A stretch of 64,000 nt of DNA from Lepidodermella squamata (taxonomy: Eukaryota > Animalia > Gastrotricha), in the NCBI GenBank assembly GCA_047495785.1, contig JBLDXI010000011.1:1302001-1366000 (forward strand), in the 5' to 3' direction. The stretch's first letter is position 1. Every line of letters begins with the position of its first letter. Made by a program: the position numbers and the translations under genes. A model generated the notes under the pieces. That model searched no databases. It saw only the letters and a list, made by a program, of their open reading frames with translations, and was not told the origin of the DNA. Shown piece after piece: positions 50,869-61,099 of the stretch.

Positions 50869-51738
50869 ATGAAGCGGAGCCTGGCTGAATCGAGCGACTC
50901 CTCGGCAAAAGTTGCAAAATCCGCCGATGAAAATGCATCTGCGATTTCAATCAACGATCTGCCAATCGAAATTCAATCCGAAATTTTCCTGAAACTGCGC
51001 AAACTTTCCGATTGGCAAAATTGCGTTATGGTTTGTCGAAAATGGAATAATGTAATCGACTCGGATGCGATGATCGCAGCTCGTTGGAAACAGGAATTCC
51101 TCCTTAATCGAAAGAACCCGGTTGATTTACCAAAAGATGTGACAGTTTTCTCGCAGTGGCGAAAAATTCAAAAGATTAGCGACAGTTTCTTTTCAACAAA
51201 TGGCCTAGTTTTGGACAAAGCCGGACCCCCACTGGATAAATTGATCAAATTGCCGCTCGATGGAGTTGAAAATCTGCGGAATATAGTAAACGTCGCAAAA
51301 TCGCTGGGTCGAAATCGCGAAAAAATTGTTGAGCCAATCAGTTATCTCCGACTGGACTCAGAGCGTTATTGCCTTGTTGACCTTGAAAATGTGATTCCCG
51401 GATTTTCTCTAGCGAATTTAGTGAAAAATCTCAAATTTCTCCTCGTTTTCGGCCGTTTCGACCTTAGTTATCAAAACGCGATTGAACCTATCGGTAAATG
51501 CCTGGCCTGTCTGGACTCGAATTTCACGCCAGTTCGCGCAAAAGCTACGAGTTCATACGACGTTGTTGTTGTCATGGATTTGCCTCTTGATTGCCGGTAT
51601 ATTTTGATTAATTCCGGGTCAGCAAAGACGAATTTGTGGCTGCCATGGCCGAGCCAGTTGACCGACTTGAAGTCGCGTCTCATCCAGGCTGATGATTACA
51701 ATCACGACAGTTATTATAATGCTTTTTATCAGCATTGA
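50869..51738 (+). CDS. F-box array member (12)
   Basis: MKR start at 50869; intact family domain; short Y/D tail. Confidence 0.9.
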   Translation: MKRSLAESSDSSAKVAKSADENASAISINDLPIEIQSEIFLKLRKLSDWQNCVMVCRKWNNVIDSDAMIAARWKQEFLLNRKNPVDLPKDVTVFSQWRKIQKISDSFFSTNGLVLDKAGPPLDKLIKLPLDGVENLRNIVNVAKSLGRNREKIVEPISYLRLDSERYCLVDLENVIPGFSLANLVKNLKFLLVFGRFDLSYQNAIEPIGKCLACLDSNFTPVRAKATSSYDVVVVMDLPLDCRYILINSGSAKTNLWLPWPSQLTDLKSRLIQADDYNHDSYYNAFYQH

Positions 51739-52047
51739 CCAGTTCCGATTGTGTTCGTCTTGATAGAATTTCGGAAAGTAAAATTTTCTATAATATTTCA
51801 TAAATTTCTGCCGGCTTTTTTTCATGGCTCTTAAATCTTCAAAAGGCGAAAGAAGAACTTCAGATTTGATTTTACAGATTGAATCGCGCTTTTGCATTCT
51901 GATTTGATTCATCCATGAAATGAAGTATAAAAACTCAGTAGAGTCACTGTAGTATAAAACAATTGCTTCATAGCAAATATAAAACTCACAACAAGTGCGA
52001 GGTTCCATTTTTAGAAACATTTGAAAGTAAAATTGATTTAATTAATA

Positions 52048-53019
52048 ATGAAGCGGAACCTGGATGAATCGAGTGAATCCTCGGCGAAGGTAGCAAAATC
52101 CGCCGATGAAAATGCATCTGCGATTTCAATCAACGATCTGCCAATCGAAATTCTATCCGAAATTTTCCTGAAACTAGCTAAACTTTCCGATTGGCAAAAC
52201 TGCGTTCTGGTCTGTCGGAAATGGAACAGCGTAATCGACTCGGATGCGACGGTCGCGGCTCGGTGGAAGCAAGAATTCGCCTTGATTCGAAAGAAATCGG
52301 TCGATTTACCAAAAGATTTGACAGTTTTCTCGCAGTGGCGAAAAATTCAAAAAACTAGCTCGAGTTTCTTTTCGAAAAATGGCCTAAATCTAGACAAAAT
52401 CGAAGCGGTGCCGATCAAGTTGTCGCTGAAGGGCAAACGGCAGATACAAGATACGTTAACGAATGTCGCGAAAGCTCTTAGCCAAAATCGCCGGAATATT
52501 GTTGATTCAGTCAGTTGTGTAACGTTTGAATTCAGTAACTATTGGTTGATTGATCTTGAAAAAGTTATTCCTTGCGTTTCGTTGGCGAATTTGTTGGCAA
52601 TTTTGCAATTTCCCATCGTGATCGGGCGTTACAGCTATCAACTCGAGGATGAACCCTTCGGTGACTATGTAGCTTGTTTGGACTCGAATTTCGCGTCGCT
52701 TCCCGCGAAAGCTAGATTCTGCGACGCTGCTTTTCTCATGCCGGAATTGCCCGAGCTTTGCCGTTATATTTTGATCGATTGCGAGTCTTATTATGATGAT
52801 AACAGTCACCCTAAGAATATGTGGCTGCCCTGGCCGAGCCAGTTGGCCGATTTGAAATCGCGTTTTTGTGACGAGCGTGAGGAAGAGCAGGAGCGTGACC
52901 GTGAAACTTGGAGGTTAGAGAATCGAGAGGCCGCCGATTATTTCGACGATGACGACGATGATGAGGATGACGATGGTTTTCCTTACTTCTCCGGATTTTG
53001 TTCGTCTTGTGATTGCTGA
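52048..53019 (+). CDS. F-box array member (13)
   Basis: Intact 323 aa; poly-D tail ending GFCSSCDC. Confidence 0.92.
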   Translation: MKRNLDESSESSAKVAKSADENASAISINDLPIEILSEIFLKLAKLSDWQNCVLVCRKWNSVIDSDATVAARWKQEFALIRKKSVDLPKDLTVFSQWRKIQKTSSSFFSKNGLNLDKIEAVPIKLSLKGKRQIQDTLTNVAKALSQNRRNIVDSVSCVTFEFSNYWLIDLEKVIPCVSLANLLAILQFPIVIGRYSYQLEDEPFGDYVACLDSNFASLPAKARFCDAAFLMPELPELCRYILIDCESYYDDNSHPKNMWLPWPSQLADLKSRFCDEREEEQERDRETWRLENREAADYFDDDDDDEDDDGFPYFSGFCSSCDC

Positions 53020-53822
53020 GATGGAGAGACTTGAAAAAAAGAAAATTAGTGTTGAAATGATGTTTGAAAAATCTACCTTAAATTGGGGTGACTTGGGCAT
53101 ATCGAAAATCGAAGGTGGTAATAAGGTAAAGATCGCATGAGGGAGGTACCGTTAGATAGTCTGAAAGATGAAATCTCCTAAGATGGCGTATGGTTTCAAT
53201 TTAGATGAGACGGATTCGGTTGACCAGCCACGGAAGTTTTACCGAAATTTAACAATTTCGAAAAGTTTAAAGTTTACCATAACTTGACCTATAATTTCAT
53301 TTCCCGAAATAGGTTGTATTGTACACTGGCCTTTTCTTGGGCTATCCAATGGTACCCCACTCATGGGGCCTCTACCTTGTCACCCCCTTCACCCCATAAT
53401 TTACGGTACCTGTTTAGTTTTGTTGTTAATTTTCCAACTAATATTTTTTACTTGTTACGTTTTTCAAAAATGATGGGCTGATCAGTGGTCTGCTTAGTCA
53501 TGATGTAAAAATTTCACGATTCAGAAATATGAGTAAAATGAAAAGATACATGTCTCAAATCATTCATTAATCATTAATTGCCTTTCTATTTTGATCGACA
53601 TTAATCACGGTATTCAATTTTTGATTCAGTGAATCTTACACATTCGTTCAAACAATCGTTCGCTATCATCTTTTTTTAATTTTCGAGCTAGCTTGAACGA
53701 CAAATGAACCTAAAAGTGACAGGCTATACTGCGAACTAACTTTGATTTATTAATTCATATTTTACGGTCTCTGATGAAGATATTTTGAATATTATATCGA
53801 TTTATTTCGATACATTGAGGCT

Positions 53823-54665
53823 ATGAAGCGACACATTTCCCAATCTGGCGAAGCAACGGCTAAATTGATTAAAACGTCCGATAATACTACGATTTCTATC
53901 AACAATCTACCCGTCGAAGTTTTGTTCGATATTATTCTGAAATATTTGAAAATTTCTCATTGGAAATCCTGCGCTCTGGTCTGCCGGAAATGGAATGCTA
54001 TAATCGACTGTGATGAGATGATCGCAGCTCGTTGGAAACAGGAATTTCGCTCTAATCAAACGAAACCGAAAGAGTTACCGAAAGATTTCACTGTTTTATT
54101 CTCGGAGTGGCGAAAAATTCAAAAAATTAGCGGCAGTTTCTTCTCGAAGAGTGGCCTAGTTTTGAACAAAGAAGAAGCGCGGAACAAATGTATTAAATTG
54201 TCAGTTGATGCCGATTATCTTTGTCCTAAAATTGCGGAGGTTGTTGAAGCGTTGGGTCGAAATCGCGAACAAATTGTCAACCCTATCAGCTATCTAAAGG
54301 CAGATTTGATATCTCATTGGCTGATCGACCTTGAGAACGTAATTCCTGGCTTTTCACTTGCGAATTTGGTGAAAAGTCTGAAGTTTACTCTCGTTATCGG
54401 CCGTTTCAAGTTTATAACATGGCGCTGTGATCGTGTTAGACATCGCATGGCTTGTTTGGACTCGAATTTTCAGCCAGTTCCCGCTAAAACTATTTTGTGC
54501 GGCGTGGCGTTTGCCCTGGCAGAATTGCCTGAAAACTGCCAATATATTTTAATCGGGGGCGATTCATCACAGGCTCATCTGTGGCTACTTTGGCCTAGTC
54601 AGTTTGCGGCTTTGAAATCGCGCTTTTCTAAAGAGCTTCGACAAATATACCAATCAGGGGCGTAG
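53823..54665 (+). CDS. F-box array member (14)
   Basis: Intact 280 aa; close paralog of member 10. Confidence 0.92.
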   Translation: MKRHISQSGEATAKLIKTSDNTTISINNLPVEVLFDIILKYLKISHWKSCALVCRKWNAIIDCDEMIAARWKQEFRSNQTKPKELPKDFTVLFSEWRKIQKISGSFFSKSGLVLNKEEARNKCIKLSVDADYLCPKIAEVVEALGRNREQIVNPISYLKADLISHWLIDLENVIPGFSLANLVKSLKFTLVIGRFKFITWRCDRVRHRMACLDSNFQPVPAKTILCGVAFALAELPENCQYILIGGDSSQAHLWLLWPSQFAALKSRFSKELRQIYQSGA

Positions 54666-54832
54666 AATCTGCATGATTGTCAAGATACAGACGAATTTCG
54701 GTTTTGATCTCTCTCGTTCACGTAGCAACTGGTGGGAAGGAGAAACTTGCTACAAAAATGGCTATCGAAACAAAAATGTCTTTAAGAACTTGAATTTAAA
54801 TTTTGATTTTTAGGGTGTTGATCATTTTCACA

Positions 54833-55665
54833 ATGAAGCGAAACTTTTCCTACACTAGCAAATCGCCGGCAAAATTTGCAAAAACCGCCGTTGAAAAAGC
54901 TTCGATTTCGATCAAAGATCCGCCAATCGAAATTCCATCCGAAATTTTCCTGAAACTGCGGAGACTTTCTTATTGGAAAAATTGCGCTCTGGTTTGCCGG
55001 AAATGGAACGCTTTAATCGACTCGGATGCGATGAATGCGGCTCTTTGGAATAAAGAGTTTCGCCTCGACCGAAAGAAACCGGTCGATTTACCAAAAGATT
55101 CGACTGCTTACTCGCAGTGGCGAAAAATACAAAAAATCGGCGGCAGTTTTTTCTCGAAAAATGGTCTTATTCTGGATGAAGATGACTTTCTGCCCAATAA
55201 ATTGATAAAACTGTCGCATGATGGCGAGGAAGATCCTCGAAAAATAACTGATTTTGTCAAATCTCTGGGGCGAAATCGCGAAAATATCGTCGATCCAATC
55301 AGCTATCTAGAATTTGATTTGCAACGATTTTGGTTAATCGACTTCGAAAACGTAATTCCTGGCTTTTCGTTGGCGAATGTGTTGAAAAATCTCAACTTTC
55401 CACTTGTTATCGGACGCTACAGACACCACTATGAAGAAGAACCTGTCAGTGATTACTGGGCATGTTTGGACTCGAATTTCGCGCCAGTACCTGCAAGAGG
55501 TTGCTATCTCGACGTTGCCTTTTACATTGAATTGCCTGAAAATTGCCGCTATGTGTTGGTGTGTTGCGAGCCAGCAAAGACGAATTTGTGGCTGCCATAG
55601 CCGAGCCAGTAGGCCAATTGAAGTTGCGTCTCATCACGGGTTACATCAGCATTATTTATTACTTT
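54833..55665 (+). pseudogene. F-box array member (15) with premature stops in the WLPWPSQL motif
   Basis: TGG CTG CCA TAG CCG AGC CAG TAG versus paralog TGG CTG CCC TGG CCG AGC CAG TTG; F-box also eroded (IKDPPIEIPSEI). Confidence 0.75.
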
Positions 55666-55956
55666 CCGACTTCGAAAATGAGGTTTTTCCGTATTGACCC
55701 TTGGCGGATAGTTGGTGGATTGTACATTGTGTTCGTCTCGCTCAATGAGGGATTTGGCTGCTATAAAATTGTCGTATTTTCAATGAAAATGACTCGATCT
55801 TTCTGAATTTCAGAATTACTTTAACTTGAATTTAACTATGTAAGCAAATTTGTAATTGCAATTTTTCTACATGGACATTTCCTTCTTTCAAATAAAATCC
55901 CTTATTTTGCTATTTTTTGATGATTTTATTTTAGGGTATTCGTGAAATAAAGTTTT

Positions 55957-56913
55957 ATGAAGCGAAACCTATTCCAATCGAGCGAATCGCCGGCGAAATT
56001 CGCCAAACCCATCGATGAAAATGTGTCGATTTCGATCAACGATCTGCCAATCGAGATTCTATCCGACATTTTCCTGAAACTGCCGAAACTTTCACATTGG
56101 AAAAGTTGCGCCCTAGTCTGCCGGAAATGGAACACTTTAATCGACTCGGATGCGATGATCGCAGCTCGCTGGAAACAAGAATTCAGCTTGAATCAAAAGA
56201 AACCGGTCGAGTTGCCTCATAATTTGAGCATTTTTTCCGAGTTGCGGAGAATCCAGAAAACCAGAGAGAGTTTCTTCTCGAAAAGTGGCCTAGTTCTGGA
56301 CGAAGAAAAAATGGTCCCAAAACTGACCAAGCTCTCGCTTCGTGGCGAGCATGATGAATTTGACATTGAAAACTTGGTGAAATCACTAGATCAAAATCGC
56401 AAACAAATTGTTGATCCTATCAGCTATCTACAACTGGATTCGGAGCGTTATTGGCTTGTTGATCTTCAGGCCATAATTTCTGGCTTTTCGTTGGCGAGTT
56501 TGGTGAAAAATCTGAAATTTTCTCTTGTTATCGGTTATTACAGTTACAAAATTGAGGGAGAACCTGAGGAAAAATACCTAGCTTGTTTGGACTCGAATTT
56601 CAAATCAGTCCCATTTGATGCCAGTTTTTGTGACTCTGCTTTTGTCATGTCTGAATTGCCTGAAAATTGCCGCTACATTGTGATCTATTGCAATTCTGAA
56701 TGTTACGACCAGACGCACGTGTGGCTGCCCTGGCCGAGCCAGTTGGCTGTTATGAAGTCGCGTTTGTACAGAGAGCGGCAGGAAGAGGAGCGTGAAGACG
56801 AACAGGAGCGTCTGGAAGATTACGCTGATCATTACTACGATGGCGATGATTACGACGGTTATGACGATGGTTATGATACATTCGGATTTTGCTCGTCTTG
56901 CTGCGACTGCTGA
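55957..56913 (+). CDS. F-box array member (16)
   Basis: Intact 318 aa; D/Y/G-rich tail ending GFCSSCCDC. Confidence 0.92.
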   Translation: MKRNLFQSSESPAKFAKPIDENVSISINDLPIEILSDIFLKLPKLSHWKSCALVCRKWNTLIDSDAMIAARWKQEFSLNQKKPVELPHNLSIFSELRRIQKTRESFFSKSGLVLDEEKMVPKLTKLSLRGEHDEFDIENLVKSLDQNRKQIVDPISYLQLDSERYWLVDLQAIISGFSLASLVKNLKFSLVIGYYSYKIEGEPEEKYLACLDSNFKSVPFDASFCDSAFVMSELPENCRYIVIYCNSECYDQTHVWLPWPSQLAVMKSRLYRERQEEEREDEQERLEDYADHYYDGDDYDGYDDGYDTFGFCSSCCDC

Positions 56914-57409
56914 AAAAATGGAAGTCGAACGATCTTGGCAACGATCTTCGAAAGTTTTGTTTGACGGTTCCTGTTCCTTGTTAATCAAGCTAATAGTGTA
57001 CAGTTTGTTTTTTTTTACCTAAAAAGCGCTATTTTCTCGTTCTGAAGAGTCAAAACCAGTCAGCTTACACACATTTCTAAGTTGTATTACCATGTCATGA
57101 TCCTATAAACTTTGCGAATAAAATGACACCAGATGTATCCTGGTGAAATTAATTTTTTATTTTGTTCGGTTGTGGAAATAAAACGGGATCAGTGACTTTG
57201 ATAAGCCGAAATAAGCCGGGTTACTTAGGCATAGCAAATCTTGAAGGAGGCTTGGCAAACAGCCCATGGGTGGGGTATGGGGTAGCCTGTACAAACGGTT
57301 ACCTGAGAATGAATAAGTTTTCCCATCTGGATCACACTGCATCATACTGTTCAACATGACACGCGCAACGTAATTTTCCTGGAATTGATTGTCTATCATT
57401 AGCTAGCAG

Positions 57410-57890
57410 ATTTTTCGCTGGTGAATATTCGGTGATTTCTATCAATGATTTCCCGATTTCGACTGAGGCTTCTGAAATCTGAAATAATACTTATTGATTA
57501 AAGCTGGCTTTAAAGTATTATTGGCTTATGGATCTCCAGAGCGTAAATCTGGGTTTTTTCACGCGCGAATTCGGTAAAAATTCTGAATTTTACCTTTTGC
57601 AGCTTTAACCGTAGGTAATGGCTTGATGGCGTGTTTGGACTCGAACGCGTCGAACTCGAAGCCAATCCTTACATTTGTGACGCGGGTGGAGTGGCGCCAG
57701 TCATGATAAATTGCCTAAAAGTCTGTTGCAAGTCTCTGTGCGCGCATGCTAAAAGTGGGATCGCGTTTTTCTGAAGAGCAAGCGGAGGAGTGGGATACGC
57801 CATTGAAAGACGAGAGCGCGGGGGTTTCTGCGATGATGATTATGACCAAGACTATACGATGGTGATGATTTTAATTACAACTGCGATTTT
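57410..57890 (+). pseudogene. Highly decayed F-box array relic (17)
   Basis: Fragments in correct order: ATTTCTATCAATGATTTCCCGATT (ISINDFPI), TATTGGCTTATGGATCTC (YWLMDL), GCGTGTTTGGACTCGAA (ACLDSN), acidic tail remnant. Confidence 0.75.
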
Positions 57891-58068
57891 CCTTTCGATC
57901 GCAGTTGGAGATTTTTCAGCAAGACGAGAAGAAAAAGAAGCGAGAGGAACATGCAAGAACATCACTGAACATAAATATGCTGTTTTCACTTTATTAGCTC
58001 CTCTTGGAGCAGTGAGGTGATATTTATCGGTCTGATCATACTTTCAAGTAAGTATATAGTCAATATAC

Positions 58069-60535
58069 TCAAACATGCATTCTGGACAACGAAATTGTAA
58101 CAGTGGAATGACGATCGACAAATGTAGCTCCAATTGCGACTGTGCTAACTCGCCGCGGCTCATGAGCGGTTCTTATTAACATCGGATAGGCAAGAAAAAA
58201 GCTTGTCGGAATCGAGATGAGTAACGCAGCCAACGATAGCACAACATTAGGCAACCACGACGCGAACTTTTTCGAAGTTGCAATGATCACTAGGATAAGG
58301 ACAGTCGCAAGAAACGTGACTGAAATGTTTAGAATCGCTATTTGCACCGACTTTGCGAGTCGATAAACATTTCCGGATGACAAAACAATGTGTCGGATGC
58401 GGTATGCGAGAAAACAGCTGGCCAAGAGACTGCAAGCGTGGAGAGCTAGCAGAGACCCTAGCCAATAGATCAAATGAGTCGAATTACAAGTAAAAGAGAC
58501 GTTGGCGATGTAGCTATCGGATGTATCGTCAAAGCTTATGTCTGAGACTTTTCTCTCAACAGCTAAAGGATCAACAATTCCCAGCCATGTAATGAGAATC
58601 AATGATGACAAAAATAATTCAACAATTGTAATTATTTTAGAATTATTTGGTTGCATGTAAGTAGCTTGTTCCATACCGGAGCTTCGAATGCTAGATTTTG
58701 AGCCTATTGTATTCGCTCGAGGCTCGGAGTTACGAGTGCTGATTCTTGAGCCTAAGCCCGCTCCAAGCGCGACGTCACTTGACCTTTTGTTTAAGCCCTT
58801 CAGAAAGCAGAAGGCCTGAGACAAGAGACCAGAACCTACCAAAGTGAATCCCAACGTGATAAGAATGAGCTTCAAATGGCAGCCAATTGTTGGTGGGATG
58901 AAGCTGTCAAGAACCAGGGTAATAGAAGCTACATCTAGGACTAGGCATCCTAGGAACGTGGCGATTTTCGAGAAATCCCCCAAGTCTCTGAAAAGTATCA
59001 TCAACATTTCAGAAACCTGAAGGATTATGCAAGAAGAGGCGATTACAACCAAAGTTATGTAAGCAGCTGTAGGACAGAGCTCATCGTAGTAGGTAACTTG
59101 AGACAGATCTTTCGGAGGAAGGCCGCTCCTAGTCGTCCATTTTGGCTTCATGAGCTCAATCATTTCGAATGAAGAAGTTAAAAGTGGGGAAACGCCATCT
59201 TTCAACCGAAATTCGTAGAGTAAGTCGACTGAACCACTGGTAGCATTCCATTGTCCTAGGAGCAGCCGATCGTTCGATAGTTCAAGCATTGACGTCCATT
59301 TGATTCGCCCAATTCGAAAGCCGATAACGTCAAGCTCAGCCGAGGTTTGGTTGACAATTCGCGAAATTAGAGCTGGCTGGTTAGGAAATTCCTTCAACGA
59401 GATGTTGTAGTCTTTCTTAAGAATCGCCTCTGATTTGTTTAGCACAATCACAGCGCTCATAGCTAAGTCGTGACAAATAGGTCGGTTATCATCGTCGGAA
59501 GCTTTCACGCCCTGTAATGCCTGGTCTACCTGTATAAATCGGGAATCCGCCTTAAAAAATTCACTAATTTCAATTTTAACTTACTTTTTCGGTGAACCAT
59601 TGTGCGTCGTACCCCAAACTTGTATTCATCGAAGTTTGAATAGTCCCGCGATACAAGCCGTACCAAAGTGTTACTCTTAACTGCACAGTCAGCATGTCTC
59701 TATTGCATCCCTTCGGCAGATTAAGGCTAGGACTATTCGGTGTATAAAAGCAGCTGAAACCCATTATGAAGACGTACTGTGGAGCTCCTAACCCATACTT
59801 GTAAGTCTGACATAGGAAATTGATGCAGGTTTGAATGTAGGATGTAACTAGAATCACAACCCGGGCTTGGCTCTTTTGCAAACCCACCATCACTTCATCA
59901 GTTACCGTGCTGTCATCCATGCCAAAAAACACGGTATCAATCCTATTCTCCGATGCTATTCGCTGTATTGATTGGGCATTTAAGAAGTCATTTGTATTGA
60001 TGTTGTTGGTCAGGATTCCCATCTGCCGCCATCCACCAACTTTCATCTGGAACAACACAGCTGTAGCTTTATTCCATTCAGATGGCGAGACGAATCTGTA
60101 AAGATTTGTAAAGAGGCTTTTCCTTGCCACCAGATAGGGCCCGTTGCATTGCTGAGAATATTCCGTGAAATGGTTCATTTTCAACGAGTGGGTAACACTT
60201 TGGCAAGCAACTGTAGGTCCGAGAACGATCGGAGATATGATAGACGATGAATTCGAATTCAAGTCTTCGAACTTGCGCAGAAATGGGAAGAAAGATCTTG
60301 AAGCTAGCACAGCTCCTGGACCTTCGTCGACAGCTTGGATTTGAATGAAATAATCGGGAAGTGTGTCGTTTCTTGAATTGACGTAGTCCGCCACAACTTG
60401 CATCGCTGCGAGACAGGCGGGGAAGTTGACAGTTCCTTGAGTCATTGGCAGGAAAGCTGGAATGACAAGTTTGGCTTGATTAGAAGCATCGCCAGCTGAA
60501 GCAAGGGAAAACGCGAACGTAGCGAGGAACAACAT
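58069..60535 (-). CDS. Class C GPCR, GABA-B-receptor-like orphan (Venus flytrap + 7TM, no Cys-rich domain); exons 60535-59585, 59529-58069 (803 aa)
   Basis: Signal peptide; YVNSRNDTLPDY, IVLGP, NLYRF, LQKSQARVVIL, FLCQTYKYGL..PQYVFI; W...GLPPKD linker; 7 hydrophobic helices with LGFTL..GL and WLGIVDPL; 55-nt GT-AG intron. Confidence 0.88.
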
Positions 60536-61099
60536 TACTTTCGAACTAATAAATCTTATTCACGATGACTTTTTTTCGGATTATTAGGAGATATACTAGA
60601 TGAAAGCCCTCCGGCTGTTACTGCCGTAATAGCTAATTTATACGCTTATTTGAAGATATTTGTAGCTTCAAGGCTAGTGAAATTTGATATGCCTAATCGG
60701 GTGATTTTATTTGGCACTACGAAAAACGTACCTAGGAGGCAGGAGGCAGATGATAAAGGGTAAACATAGCTGATACGTGGGTAACATTAGATTAGTTAAA
60801 TCTCCGCGTTCGATAAGGCAAGAAGACACCCACATTATAACCATGCAAATCATTCGAAATTAATAACATTTTCTCTATTGGGTAATGTCTGAAAATTCAT
60901 GAGACGTATAGCTTTGTCTCATGTGAAAATTGGGGCTGAAAACTGCGAAATGCGATAATATGCGATAAGCCTTGGGGCACTCCGCTTCACCGAGCTCCTT
61001 GCCGACTGAGAGCTTGAAGCAGCGGTCTCGCTGAGAGCTTGAATTCGGCTACCTAGCCAATTATCGGCTCAGGGTACCAGCTTCGATTAGCGGTTAACT

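Noticed and set aside
906-55612. Alternative genetic code (stop reassignment) suggested by in-frame TGA/TAG codons
   Set aside because: TGA, TAG and TAA all terminate intact genes here, and the TAG cases occur in copies with other lesions.
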